This document shows positions 26,811 through 37,328 of a stretch of 64,000 nt of DNA, piece after piece. The notes beneath the pieces were generated by a model. That model searched no databases. It saw nothing but the letters and a program-made list of their open reading frames with translations, and was not told the origin of the DNA. Both the position numbers and the translations under genes were made by a program. Source of the DNA: Candidatus Onthoplasma sp. (lineage in GTDB: Bacteria; Bacillota; Clostridia; Christensenellales; UBA1242); NCBI GenBank assembly GCA_045637825.1, contig JAZUAD010000018.1, positions 1,251 to 65,250 on the forward strand, in the 5' to 3' direction. The first letter of the stretch is position 1. Each line of letters starts with the position of its first letter.

Positions 26811-26886
26811 GGACGATTAGCTCAGTTGGTAGAGCAACTGACTCTTAATCAGTGGGTCCGGGGTTCGAGTCCCCGATCGTCCACCA
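26811..26886 (+). tRNA. tRNA-Lys(CTT)
   Basis: Acceptor GGACGAT/ATCGTCC, anticodon loop CTCTTAA, T-loop TTCGAGT, CCA. Confidence 0.9.
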
Positions 26887-26936
26887 TAGCTAATCGGTTC
26901 TAGTGAATCGATTTTTTTGTTTATTAGGAGGTATTT

Positions 26937-27929
26937 ATGGCAAGCCCATTAATAAATGTAGATGAACAAATTTTTGAATTAATTAATTCTAGTCAAAATC
27001 TTGCTGGGGTGGAATTTGATTATACAAATGTTTCGGTTATCAACCAAGGAAAACCTAATACCGAGCGTGAACTTATTGATAAAATAGATAACGATACTAT
27101 TTTAGAATTTTTAAGATGCCCTGAAACCAAGGTTTATATAACACAAGATTTAAAGGAAGATGGCACCTCACGAATGATTGCACATAACTTTATTTCTAAC
27201 GAGACTATTGAAATTAGTAATATTAGCGACCATTTTCTTGCTATGAATAGGGTTATATTCTTAGCACTAGAAAAACGCAAAGAACTTAAAATCAATCCTG
27301 AGGCCGAAATTTTATCACACGAGTTTATTTTAAGTATTAATCAACAACTTCTTAAACGCAGATACGAAAATGAAGAAGTTGGTATCGGTCAATATCGTGG
27401 TGTTGACCTATTGGGTAGACCTTGCAACCCCGTTATTGCCACAATGGAAAATGGAAGATTAATTCCTATTAAGGAATGGCAACCAGAAACCGGCGGACTT
27501 GTTAAAGTAAAATTAAAAAATGGCAAAATCAATGAAATCCCTCGCACTCAACTACTTATTGACGAATTATTAAAATGGGTAAATAGTGAGGAATTTCGCA
27601 AAACCGAACCTATCTTACGTTCTGCTATGTTTTATACCAGATTTATGCATATTCACCCATTTATGGACGGAAATAGCCGAACTGATAGAATGTTGTTAAA
27701 TTACTTATTAATTATTAGTGGTAAAAAGCCATCTAATGTTGCAAATGCTGAATATGAAGTATTTCTTGAGGCACTAACTGAAGCGATTGTACGCAAAAAT
27801 TATGACCCTTTTGTTTCCCTTATCAAAAAGCATCAAATTAGTCATAGTCGAGAACTATATACTTCGGTTATAAATGCAAACGAATTAATGGGTCACCCAA
27901 ATAAATTACAAGCACAGCAAATTAGATAA
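26937..27929 (+). CDS. Fic/DOC-family protein
   Basis: Fic motif variant HPFMDGNSRTDR; AGGAGG RBS. Confidence 0.75.
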   Translation: MASPLINVDEQIFELINSSQNLAGVEFDYTNVSVINQGKPNTERELIDKIDNDTILEFLRCPETKVYITQDLKEDGTSRMIAHNFISNETIEISNISDHFLAMNRVIFLALEKRKELKINPEAEILSHEFILSINQQLLKRRYENEEVGIGQYRGVDLLGRPCNPVIATMENGRLIPIKEWQPETGGLVKVKLKNGKINEIPRTQLLIDELLKWVNSEEFRKTEPILRSAMFYTRFMHIHPFMDGNSRTDRMLLNYLLIISGKKPSNVANAEYEVFLEALTEAIVRKNYDPFVSLIKKHQISHSRELYTSVINANELMGHPNKLQAQQIR

Positions 27930-28033
27930 AATTTTTTAAACACCAACCATACAAAGGTTGGTGTTTTTATAATCAAATCAAATATTTAAAAGTTTAATTG
28001 ACAAATTTTATTTCTAGGACTATACTTAATGTT

Positions 28034-28831
28034 ATGAATAGATTAGATAAAGAATTAGTTGAACGAAGTTTAGTTCCAACCCGTGCAAAAGCGCAAGAAT
28101 TAATTAAAAGTGGTAATATTAAAGTTAATGGCAAAATTATTACCAAAACAAGTTTAGATATTATTGCTACTGATAATATTGAAATTATTGACAACAGTAC
28201 ATTGAAATATGTTTCACGTGCAGGACTAAAATTAGAAAAGGCAATAGTTACTTTTAACCTTGATTTTAAGGGAAAAAATGTTATGGATATTGGCTCATCT
28301 ACTGGCGGTTTTACTGACTGCGCAATTCAAAATGGTGCAAATATGGTTATTGCTGTAGACGTTGGCACTAATCTTATGCATCAAAATTTACGCAAATCAT
28401 CTAAAGTTGAATTACACGAACAAACCAATATTAAAGACTTGCCAAACGACAAATTTAACAATATTGATTATGTAACTATTGATGTATCATTTGTGTCGCT
28501 AAACAAGATTATTGATAAGATATCACTAGCAAATTGCCCTGCTGATATAATTGCACTTATCAAACCTCAATTTGAATGTGGAAAGCAAATTGCCGACAAA
28601 TTTAAAGGAATTATCTTAAACCAAAAAATCCATCAAGATATATTAAACAATACAATTAATATCTTTAACGATTTTGGCTATACTCTACTTAACCTAACCT
28701 TTTCACCAATCGCTGGTGGCGATGGCAATATTGAATATATATCGCACTTTACAAAGCACAATGTTAAGCAGTCAAAACAAATAAATCTAAAACAAATAAT
28801 ATCCTCTGCCTTTGACACACATAAAAAATAG
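28034..28831 (+). CDS. tlyA: TlyA-family rRNA 2'-O-methyltransferase (S4 domain + FtsJ-like)
   Basis: MNRLDKELVERSLVPTRAKAQELIKSGNIKVNG (S4) and DIGSSTGGFTDC (SAM-binding) motifs. Confidence 0.8.
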   Translation: MNRLDKELVERSLVPTRAKAQELIKSGNIKVNGKIITKTSLDIIATDNIEIIDNSTLKYVSRAGLKLEKAIVTFNLDFKGKNVMDIGSSTGGFTDCAIQNGANMVIAVDVGTNLMHQNLRKSSKVELHEQTNIKDLPNDKFNNIDYVTIDVSFVSLNKIIDKISLANCPADIIALIKPQFECGKQIADKFKGIILNQKIHQDILNNTINIFNDFGYTLLNLTFSPIAGGDGNIEYISHFTKHNVKQSKQINLKQIISSAFDTHKK

Positions 28832-28839
28832 GAGTATTT

Positions 28840-29343
28840 ATGAACAAAGTTGATGAATATTTTAATATCAATATCAAAGTTGACAATAAGGAGCAGATTA
28901 TATCCAAGTTTAGTTATGATGAAAATGATAAACTTAATAAGGAATTAAGCGAATTTATACTAGATAAAACCAAAATAGCACCTTTAAATAAGAATATTAA
29001 GTTGAAATTTTATACATCTTCCCCTATCGACAATAATGAAATAAAATCTACAATACAAAATCATTTTAAGGAAGAATATTTAGAATTTAAGCACGAGTTA
29101 AAACGTGCAAATGCAATATCATTAATTATGTTAATTCTGGGAATTATCTCTCTTTCATTATTAGTTTTGGCTCACAAGTTTTTTGACTATTATTATTTTA
29201 CCACAATACTAGAAATTGCATCTTGGGTGTTTGTGTGGGAATCTGTTGATATATTCTTTTTACAACGCTCACGACTAAAACGCCAATGTTTGCTAATAGA
29301 AAAATTATATTTAGCAAAAGTTGAAATCATTAATAACAACTAA
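28840..29343 (+). CDS. Hypothetical membrane protein (167 aa)
   Basis: Two hydrophobic segments in the C-terminal half; GGAG RBS. Confidence 0.55.
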   Translation: MNKVDEYFNINIKVDNKEQIISKFSYDENDKLNKELSEFILDKTKIAPLNKNIKLKFYTSSPIDNNEIKSTIQNHFKEEYLEFKHELKRANAISLIMLILGIISLSLLVLAHKFFDYYYFTTILEIASWVFVWESVDIFFLQRSRLKRQCLLIEKLYLAKVEIINNN

Positions 29344-29511
29344 AATTATTTAAGTTTCAAACATCAGTACTAGTTTGAAACTTTTTTATTGTTAACCTGT
29401 TAGTCCTTTTCCGCATTGATTTTAATATCAAAATAAAATATTATAAATTTTTAAAAAATTTTTAAAATTGTGTTGACTTTTAATTTTGGTTATGCTATCC
29501 TATATGGGTAT

Positions 29512-29585
29512 GCGGGTGTAGCTCAATGGTAGAGCGCTAGCCTTCCAAGCTAGTTACGTGAGTTCGATTCTCATCACCCGCTCCA
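29512..29585 (+). tRNA. tRNA-Gly(TCC)
   Basis: Acceptor GCGGGTG/CACCCGC, anticodon loop CTTCCAA, CCA; promoter TTGACT at 29473-29478. Confidence 0.9.
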
Positions 29586-29589
29586 GTAT

Positions 29590-29666
29590 GTGTCAATAGC
29601 TCAGCTGGATAGAGCATCGCCCTTCTAAGGCGAGGGCCGGGGGTTCGAATCCCTCTTGACACACCA
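29590..29666 (+). tRNA. tRNA-Arg(TCT)
   Basis: Acceptor GTGTCAA/TTGACAC, anticodon loop CTTCTAA, T-loop TTCGAAT, CCA. Confidence 0.9.
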
Positions 29667-29739
29667 GTAGAGCTATGGCACCCAATCCCTTCCTTTTCTT
29701 TAATAGTGTTATAGTTCAGTATCCCATAGGAGAGATTAT

Positions 29740-29895
29740 ATGAATAGTAGAATTATCAAGGCATACATAGAGATGAAAACTTCTCAAAAAAATCCAAACA
29801 CTCCTTTAATTAAAAATGTTGCCTTAAAGCAAAAGGTTAAGCGTTGTCAATCCCAATCCAGCAAAGCTGAGCCAAAATCTACATTAAGCAAATAA
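29740..29895 (+). CDS. Unlisted 51-aa basic ORF in the tRNA-Arg / tRNA-His spacer
   Basis: GGAGAG RBS 6-8 nt upstream of ATG 29740; no other support. Confidence 0.2.
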   Translation: MNSRIIKAYIEMKTSQKNPNTPLIKNVALKQKVKRCQSQSSKAEPKSTLSK

Positions 29896-29999
29896 TCTCA
29901 TCTTTAATCGTTCGTAAAGTACCGCACTTAGTATTAAGTTGCGGTCCACCTCGAATTGATGTTAAATTAAAGTTGTTAATTCAACTATTAATATAATAT

Positions 30000-30076
30000 G
30001 GTGGGTATAGTTCAGTTGGTAGAGCGCCAGATTGTGGTTCTGGTTGTCGTCGGTTCGAGTCCGTCTACCCACCCCA
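30000..30076 (+). tRNA. tRNA-His(GTG)
   Basis: Extra 5' G(-1), acceptor GTGGGTA/TACCCAC, anticodon loop TTGTGGT, CCA. Confidence 0.9.
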
Positions 30077-30082
30077 GTAATT

Positions 30083-30116
30083 AAAAAATCAGCCAAATCA
30101 ATGGCTGATTTTTTTG
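30083..30116. terminator. Bidirectional terminator (tRNA-His / holin-like gene)
   Basis: Stem AATCAGCC / GGCTGATT flanked by an A-run and a T-run. Confidence 0.65.
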
Positions 30117-30122
30117 TTTCTA

Positions 30123-30617
30123 CTATAATTCATTTTTAGGCACAGTATTTTTAATTATGCTTGCTTGAGGTTGAATAATTGCATCTAATTTGTTTTCAAC
30201 TTTTTCAACAGAAATTTCAATTTCTTTGTCTACTTTTAATTCCTCAACTTCAAACTTGCGTTCGTCATTTTCATTATTTACTTCGCCACAAATTTGATTT
30301 TGAGTTGTATTGATTTTTTCAACTTGTGAAATCATTTTGGTTATATCTGTTTGCAAAGTTGTGCTTATTTGATTAAACATTGAAGATACCATTTCTTGCA
30401 TTTTGTCAAAATCAAAAGTTTGTTTAACAGTCACTTCATCGCTTGGACTATCAGTAACAATTCCTGACATTACCAACACGCCAAGAATACCCAATATAAT
30501 TTGATTTAGATATTCAGTTTTAATGTCAACATTAAACACCGCCTGCAATATCAAAACCACAGCACTTATCATACTTACCCAAAAATTACTACTTTTTATT
30601 TTTTTTAAAAATTTCAT
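30123..30617 (-). CDS. Holin-like two-TM protein (LL-H / phage_holin_4-like N-terminus) with a long coiled C-terminal tail
   Basis: KSSNFWVSMISAVVLILQAVF...IILGILGVLVMSGIVTDSPSD resembles the LL-H-type holin pattern. Confidence 0.5.
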   Translation of the reverse strand: MKFLKKIKSSNFWVSMISAVVLILQAVFNVDIKTEYLNQIILGILGVLVMSGIVTDSPSDEVTVKQTFDFDKMQEMVSSMFNQISTTLQTDITKMISQVEKINTTQNQICGEVNNENDERKFEVEELKVDKEIEISVEKVENKLDAIIQPQASIIKNTVPKNEL

Positions 30618-30842
30618 ACAAGCTCCTTTTTAGGAATAAATTTTATTTAATTTTAAATAATATAAAAACATCTTTTAAAAATTAAAATATTTAATTTATT
30701 GATAAAAATAAATACTTCATTAAATATTTTTGCTTTTATACATTAACTTATTTATGGTGAAATATGCTATTTTTGAGAATTATTTAATGAATTTTATTTT
30801 TTAATATTTTTTACATTATTTTTTATCTTTTATTTTTTGTGT

Positions 30843-32321
30843 TTATTTTTGTTTAACATATTCAACTTCCACATAATTTACATAAGGAAATTGATTATTT
30901 GATGTAACTGCTATTTTAAATTTTTTACATAATATCAATGTGTAAAATTCGTTTACGCCTTCACAATATGAGTTAAATAAATATTCCTTACCATCACAAA
31001 TTATTCGTACTGTTACATTTTGACTACAGTCCACTACAAGTTTACGAATTGCAAACTGTTTCATATTATGTTCAACTATTTCGTTTGAATAATATGCCTT
31101 ATCAAACACAGCCCCAAAACAATTACCAGTATCAACCAACTCGCCAATATGATTGTGATACACTGAATTAAAAGTTATAACAATTTTTTCTTCCAAATTA
31201 GTTTTTAAAGGTAACATATCCTTAATGTCCACACCTCGTAAAATTTCAAAAGAATTGTCGTAAATATTTAATTTGATTAAAGCATTGTTTTTCATATCAT
31301 TATTATCCTTCTCACAACCAATGGAACAATTATCCTCAAAATCTATATTAGTTGCTAAATAATAACTATCTTGAAAATGAACGCCAACCGAATAAATGTT
31401 GTTAGAATTTTCAAACAAATCATGCAAAGCATCTATCTTTTTAACGGTTGAGCCATTAAATTTATATAATCCATCTTTGGTTAAAAATATCACATAGTCG
31501 CCACATACTGCTATTGTGTTTGGATAAATTTGACTTTCGCTTAAATACACTTGGTTACTGGTTGGCTTAGCATTGGCATAAGTATTCAGTCTGCTAATAC
31601 CAAAATCTCTAAAAATATATACATTTTCATTTAGTATAACCGTTTTTACTCCTCCGCCTCCACCATAATCTAACGTTATATATCCTGTAGCATCACTTTC
31701 CACACCCACCTTTTCAGGGTCAAGCGTTGATGTGTACCACATCTTGTCACTTTCGCCCGCAATAGTGCAATACAATACTTTGTTATACTCACACATACTT
31801 GTAATGGTTGGCACTTCTGTTAATTCATAAGGCGTTCTGCCCGTTGTCCAAACTATCAGTTTGTCGTTAGCACTAATAAGGATAGAATCTCGCCCATCTT
31901 TTTTGTACTCCAACACAACAGGAATATTATCAAACTCCAACGAATAAGTCCAGTTTGGTGTAAGCAAGTTGGAATACATTTGAAACATATATAACTTTTT
32001 GTCCGAACCATATATTAACAACCTATGAACTGTGTCACCGCTAGTTTGAAAATATTGCTTAAAATGCATAATTTTATCAATTCGTTCTAATTCCAACGAA
32101 TTATAGTCTATGTAATATTGATTGCTTGTTATATCATTTTTTGCATAACTGGTAATATTTCTTATTCCCATCATATTTTTCAACACTCCCTTTTGAGCGT
32201 TAAAATTATAAATACCTGTACAATACACCTCGCTAGACACTTGTTTGCCCTTTAACTTAGATTTGGAAAAGTCGGTTATAGTTATCTTTTTGGTTTCACT
32301 TTTTAATTTAATATTATCCAT
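30843..32321 (-). CDS. Hypothetical 492-aa phage protein (possible tail-hub/nozzle-position protein)
   Basis: AGGAG RBS; ATG 32321 overlaps the upstream stop by 8 nt (ATGGATAA); beta-rich repetitive composition. Confidence 0.55.
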   Translation of the reverse strand: MDNIKLKSETKKITITDFSKSKLKGKQVSSEVYCTGIYNFNAQKGVLKNMMGIRNITSYAKNDITSNQYYIDYNSLELERIDKIMHFKQYFQTSGDTVHRLLIYGSDKKLYMFQMYSNLLTPNWTYSLEFDNIPVVLEYKKDGRDSILISANDKLIVWTTGRTPYELTEVPTITSMCEYNKVLYCTIAGESDKMWYTSTLDPEKVGVESDATGYITLDYGGGGGVKTVILNENVYIFRDFGISRLNTYANAKPTSNQVYLSESQIYPNTIAVCGDYVIFLTKDGLYKFNGSTVKKIDALHDLFENSNNIYSVGVHFQDSYYLATNIDFEDNCSIGCEKDNNDMKNNALIKLNIYDNSFEILRGVDIKDMLPLKTNLEEKIVITFNSVYHNHIGELVDTGNCFGAVFDKAYYSNEIVEHNMKQFAIRKLVVDCSQNVTVRIICDGKEYLFNSYCEGVNEFYTLILCKKFKIAVTSNNQFPYVNYVEVEYVKQK

Positions 32322-32886
32322 TCCAACTCCTACAAGGCATTGCAAATATTTTCAAGTTTTTAATATTAGCCAAACGCTTAGTATAATGCGCATGATAAAC
32401 ATTAAACTCTTCAACCAACCCTATAGCAAGGCAATAATAAGCATTTAAACCATATATATAAATATCATCATCAATTTTATCGTTGTTTTTTACTATATGG
32501 TCGTTCAAATCGCTTACACTAGGATAGTAGGTGTAAACAATTGTATATTCGCCATCGTGTTCAAATTCCAAATTTATATTATCACTAGTATATTTTACAT
32601 CGTTGCCTTGATATTTAATTGCAATAATTTTTGCCAAATTAACTATACTACTTAATCGTATTTTTTTGTTGGTAGTTTTATATTTGGTTTCATAAACTTT
32701 AGGGGCATAAGAAGCAACTTCGTTTATTACTATTTTTGCAAATTCAAACATTCTTTTTAATGGAAAATTTTTGTCCAACACTTCATCTTGAGTATTACTA
32801 TCTACAAATTTTAACTCCTTGTCATTTACTATTTGTTCAACATTTAGTATTACAGCACTTTTTTGTATTAATTCTAATATAGTCAT
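32314..32886 (-). CDS. Hypothetical phage protein (190 aa; adaptor-position gene)
   Basis: Translationally coupled within the morphogenesis operon. Confidence 0.55.
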   Translation of the reverse strand: MTILELIQKSAVILNVEQIVNDKELKFVDSNTQDEVLDKNFPLKRMFEFAKIVINEVASYAPKVYETKYKTTNKKIRLSSIVNLAKIIAIKYQGNDVKYTSDNINLEFEHDGEYTIVYTYYPSVSDLNDHIVKNNDKIDDDIYIYGLNAYYCLAIGLVEEFNVYHAHYTKRLANIKNLKIFAMPCRSWNG

Positions 32887-32897
32887 TTGCTCTCCTT

Positions 32898-33254
32898 TTA
32901 AGTTAATTGTCGTAATCTATCTTCGGCAATAGCAAGCGATTGTTGTTGTAATTTTAATTGATTAGTTTGCTCTAGTTTTAAATTGTCCTTATCCAGTTTT
33001 TCAATAATCTTATCAATATTTTCAATACTGGTATCGTAAAGATATTTTATCACCCTCTCATCTAAAGTTTTAAATGAAATACCGCACACATAACTAAGTG
33101 GCACACCACTAACAATTTCTACCGATTGAGTTAATTTTGTAGAATAAACTTCATAGCTTCTTGAAATTAGGTCATATACAATTTTATAACTAGTATCAAA
33201 TTGTTTAATCCTATTACAAATATTATACGTATCACTTTTAATTACAATTTTCAT
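32898..33254 (-). CDS. Hypothetical phage protein (118 aa)
   Basis: ORF downstream of the capsid gene. Confidence 0.5.
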   Translation of the reverse strand: MKIVIKSDTYNICNRIKQFDTSYKIVYDLISRSYEVYSTKLTQSVEIVSGVPLSYVCGISFKTLDERVIKYLYDTSIENIDKIIEKLDKDNLKLEQTNQLKLQQQSLAIAEDRLRQLT

Positions 33255-33393
33255 ATCTCCTCCTAAAAAACTATCGCAAGCACGTCTCAGCCTTTACCTC
33301 TACACTTATTTTGTACCCTCTGAATAACTATACTTGCGATTATTTTTGCCTATTAAAATTTTAACAATTAACTAGTAATTTTTATATTAATTT

Positions 33394-34569
33394 TTATGCA
33401 AATGGATTAGTTACGCTAGTTAAAATATTGCTAAATTTAGCTTGACCATTAGGTTGATCACAAATCAAATCAGCATATTTTACCAAAGTTGCAGTATATG
33501 CTGGATAGCCAGCCATTTGATGTAAAATGTTGCCATTTTCACCTTCAATCCATTCCCAATCACATAATTGATGAAGTGTAAACTTAGAAGTATCCAACAT
33601 ATACAATTCATTATCTTCAACAAATCTGTCAGCCACTACAGGAATACCATTGAAAGCTATTGCCTTGTAACCACCTTCCAAATTCATAACATCAATATTT
33701 CTGCGATAGCAAGACAAGTAATCCATATAAGCACGTCTTACACCTGCACCACAGGTAATAATATCAATTTCGCTACCAGAATTTTCACTTAAATAATCCA
33801 CAGCAGTTTGAAGTAAATTATCGCTAATTTCTACTTGATTAGTAGATGTATATGGTGTCAACCAGCCATTTTCTACACGGTTTAAACCATAAAGTTCTGC
33901 ACTTGAGCCAAAAATTGCTCCAAGACCAGTAATTTCAAAATCCTTACTACCTTGAACATAAGCCTTATAGCCAGAACTAATAGTCTTAGTAGGTGTAGTA
34001 TCTATTGTAATTGTCTTATTTGTACGATTAACACCAGTAACTCTAACACCAGCAATAACAACTTCATCTTCATTATAGATATCAATACACATACCTTCAG
34101 CAAAATTCTTAACACTATTTAGTGTGATAACATTTCCGCTTTGAGATGCCACAATACCTAGCACTCCTGAACCATCTCCATATAGCATACGTCCAAGGTT
34201 AAACTTACTAGCAGTAAGCAATCCTTCCATTTCTGCATTTAACAAGTCTACAAATGCACCAGTACTAGATGCACTAGCACGAATTGCTTTATCAGTAATT
34301 GAAATTTGACCATAAAGGTTTTTTAATGTGGTTTTAAATTGTGCATAGCGGTTTCCTCTAGCAGTTGGAAGAGCGCCAACTTCATCGCCTGCACCAACAC
34401 CACCATTTAAACCAACTGGTGCCATTTTAATAATATTTTTGCCATACACATCAGCACTTGATTGCTTAATTTTAGCAAGTAATGGATTTGCATTAGTGTT
34501 TAATTGATTGCATACAGCATTAAGATATGCGTCCTTCAACGCACTTTCAGCAGTAGTTAAACTTATCAT
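33394..34569 (-). CDS. Major capsid protein, HK97-fold family
   Basis: Size, position after portal and scaffold, and the block ISITDKAIRAS...LLNAEMEGLLTASKFNLGRMLYGDGSGVLG typical of the Phage_capsid family. Confidence 0.7.
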   Translation of the reverse strand: MISLTTAESALKDAYLNAVCNQLNTNANPLLAKIKQSSADVYGKNIIKMAPVGLNGGVGAGDEVGALPTARGNRYAQFKTTLKNLYGQISITDKAIRASASSTGAFVDLLNAEMEGLLTASKFNLGRMLYGDGSGVLGIVASQSGNVITLNSVKNFAEGMCIDIYNEDEVVIAGVRVTGVNRTNKTITIDTTPTKTISSGYKAYVQGSKDFEITGLGAIFGSSAELYGLNRVENGWLTPYTSTNQVEISDNLLQTAVDYLSENSGSEIDIITCGAGVRRAYMDYLSCYRRNIDVMNLEGGYKAIAFNGIPVVADRFVEDNELYMLDTSKFTLHQLCDWEWIEGENGNILHQMAGYPAYTATLVKYADLICDQPNGQAKFSNILTSVTNPFA

Positions 34570-34595
34570 AATTAATTCTCCTTAATTTAAAAAAT

Positions 34596-35258
34596 CTAAA
34601 TTTGTTTAATAATGTTTTTTGCCAATTTCCCCGCATCATTAATTGTTGCAGGGCTTACTGGCGGACTGATAGGAATTGAACTGCTAATATTGGACATCAC
34701 TTTTGCAGGAGTGGTGTTTGTCAAATTAGTTAAATAGTCACGAATAATGTTATCCCTAATGCTTTGATTGTTGTAAATATATGTGTTTAAAAACTGCTCA
34801 TCGTTTATATAATCATCTACTGATTTGTAGTTCCTTTCCAAATTTTTCAACAACTCCTCCTTAACAATTTGGCGGTAATCCTGAGTATCAATCTCCTTAA
34901 CCGCCTCCTTTATTTGAGGTGAAAACTTTTGGGCAATATTGTAACTTTGTTCCAACTCTTTAATCGCCTTATTAATTTTTTCTTCACGAGTAAATTCGTC
35001 CTTAGAATTTTCCAACTCGCTTAATCTTTGGCTTTTTTTTGTAAATTCAGTTTGCAACGAATTATATGCTTTTAATAAGCTTTCCGCATCTTTGAATTTA
35101 CCTAAGTTTATGGAGCCATTATCAGTTATTTGCGAAACATACCTTTCAGCATCTCTATTAATCTCAGCAGAGTTACTTTCAACACCACCATCAAATAATT
35201 CCTCACTTACTTCCTCCGTTTGCAAAGTTGGATAATTAGGTTGTTCCATATTATTCAT
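34596..35258 (-). CDS. Scaffolding-like protein (220 aa, acidic, helical)
   Basis: Position between portal and capsid; coiled-coil-like composition; no protease motif seen. Confidence 0.5.
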   Translation of the reverse strand: MNNMEQPNYPTLQTEEVSEELFDGGVESNSAEINRDAERYVSQITDNGSINLGKFKDAESLLKAYNSLQTEFTKKSQRLSELENSKDEFTREEKINKAIKELEQSYNIAQKFSPQIKEAVKEIDTQDYRQIVKEELLKNLERNYKSVDDYINDEQFLNTYIYNNQSIRDNIIRDYLTNLTNTTPAKVMSNISSSIPISPPVSPATINDAGKLAKNIIKQI

Positions 35259-35281
35259 AAAATTTTTCTCCTTTTAAATTT

Positions 35282-37123
35282 TTATTGTAATTTTTTGTGT
35301 TCTTCAATATGCTTTAATATACGTGCTTTTACTTCGTCATAATTTTTACAATCTTTAATTGAATTGCTTAAAATATATGAAATGTGTTCTTCGATATGCA
35401 ATTCGTGGTCATCAATAGGTAAAATCTCCACCTCTTGACTACGCATTAATATATTTTCCTCTTGTGCACGATTTACGTGTAAAGCGTGTATATCAGTGGA
35501 GTGTTCCCATGTGCCAAACCCTAGCAAATCTAGACATTTTAAACGCATACTTTGTGAAAATTTTCCATCTTTGTCATATAATATTCCAGACTTTAATAGG
35601 TCAAGTAACATGGTTCGTCTTGTAGCTACGCTTTCGCCAAGCGCAGTAGAAGTATCAAACACCACATCATCACTACGAATTGAGTTCTTATCCCAATAGT
35701 ACATTTCCACTTCACCCATTTCTCCAGCAATCTTAATAAGACGTGGCATCATTGCAAATTGTTTGTATAGTCTTAAAATGTGTTTTGCCAAACTTTTTAG
35801 TGCTTGTTTTGCACTATCAATAGCACTAATCACACGATTATCATCTTGCTCAATTAGTAATTGTAATGCTGTTCCTGAAAGGTTAGTGTAATTCTCGCTA
35901 TCGTCCATTAGGTCACTAACACCCGCTAGGTTTTTAAACTCGTCCATCAACCTTTCTTCCTCCGCCTTAAAATCGGCGTGAATATCAGGCGTGGTCATAA
36001 TGCTTGGAGCTTGTCCGCCTTGGCGATATACTAACACCTTGCCCGGAGAAAGACCATCTTGTTCAAGAGCATCGGTATCAACACTGCCATCTTCAACAGT
36101 CAATACCCCCATTGAAATTCTATTAAAATATTCGTGTTTACGATTACGAATAGCATTATAGGCACGTTGAATAGGCACTAATCTTTCAATAATACTTACG
36201 CCATAAAAACACCCTGGCATATAAGCAGAAGTTTGCTTAATAAATGGCAAAACTCGCTCGTTATTATCACCGTTTAAGTAAGGTAAATCGCCATCAAATA
36301 GCACTTTATCTCCGGCAACAATAGTAAGTCGACCATTTGGATAATCACGATTTGGTTTTACATATTTTTCTAGCAACACGCAGTGGTTATCTAGCGAAAT
36401 GTTAGTAACTTTATGTATATGTGCATCATAACCCAGTCCTCCACCGCTACCAAAACCACTATCTAAAGTAAAAGAATTAACATTTTCGGGCTGAACATTT
36501 ACACCATACATATTTTTAATGGTGTCAACGCTTACTGCTTTGGCATGAATAATACTACCTATATCGTTCATACTTTCACACGATAGATTGTCCGGCAATA
36601 TTTCAAAAGGTGAACACACACTAATATCCACATCTCCTTCACGTATGGATTTTGTATCATCACTTGCCACCACCATTCCCGCCTCACTATTCCAAGTTAT
36701 TTTATAAAATGCAGTACCACAAATTTCGCACCACGTGCTAGCATATTTAGATAATGCTGGCAAATCCAACCTATTACTAACCGCCTTAAAAATTTCTTTT
36801 GACAATTTTGCACTTTTAATATCTGCCAAATCCATAGAGGCAGGCAACACTTCGATATTTGGATTAAGTCGTGTTATTTTAGAAATACGTGTTTCTATCA
36901 TTGGCGCTATATGATTAAACACTTCCTTTTCTTGCCAAAAATATTGCTTGTCATAATCGCTAAGGTTATTGTTACTGGCAATGTAACTATATTGATTACC
37001 AACATAAAAATTAATGTTTAGTTGCCATTGCGCTTCCAAACTACGTCTTGCTTCTCGGCGAGATAAATAATCCTCTCGCACACTTTGAACTATTGCTTGT
37101 TCTGTTATTTTTCGTTTACTCAT
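35282..37123 (-). CDS. Portal protein (613 aa)
   Basis: Size and position directly after the terminase; typical acidic, helix-rich portal composition. Confidence 0.65.
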   Translation of the reverse strand: MSKRKITEQAIVQSVREDYLSRREARRSLEAQWQLNINFYVGNQYSYIASNNNLSDYDKQYFWQEKEVFNHIAPMIETRISKITRLNPNIEVLPASMDLADIKSAKLSKEIFKAVSNRLDLPALSKYASTWCEICGTAFYKITWNSEAGMVVASDDTKSIREGDVDISVCSPFEILPDNLSCESMNDIGSIIHAKAVSVDTIKNMYGVNVQPENVNSFTLDSGFGSGGGLGYDAHIHKVTNISLDNHCVLLEKYVKPNRDYPNGRLTIVAGDKVLFDGDLPYLNGDNNERVLPFIKQTSAYMPGCFYGVSIIERLVPIQRAYNAIRNRKHEYFNRISMGVLTVEDGSVDTDALEQDGLSPGKVLVYRQGGQAPSIMTTPDIHADFKAEEERLMDEFKNLAGVSDLMDDSENYTNLSGTALQLLIEQDDNRVISAIDSAKQALKSLAKHILRLYKQFAMMPRLIKIAGEMGEVEMYYWDKNSIRSDDVVFDTSTALGESVATRRTMLLDLLKSGILYDKDGKFSQSMRLKCLDLLGFGTWEHSTDIHALHVNRAQEENILMRSQEVEILPIDDHELHIEEHISYILSNSIKDCKNYDEVKARILKHIEEHKKLQ

Positions 37124-37328
37124 CTTTACTCCTTTTTTTATAAATTGGTGTAGGGCTTTTAGGTGTAATAATTCCGCCCATCATTGTATATAATTGACGC
37201 ATACAATTTTCACACATATAAAAATTACCGTCAAAAACAAATTTTTTATTAACTATAGTGTAAGCCGACTGATTATTACACCCACTTGCACTACACTTTA
37301 TCTTTACTTTGGTTTGCTCGATATTCAT
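37116..37328 (-). CDS. Small zinc-ribbon-like protein (70 aa)
   Basis: CSASGC ... CENC cysteine pairs. Confidence 0.45.
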   Translation of the reverse strand: MNIEQTKVKIKCSASGCNNQSAYTIVNKKFVFDGNFYMCENCMRQLYTMMGGIITPKSPTPIYKKRSKDE

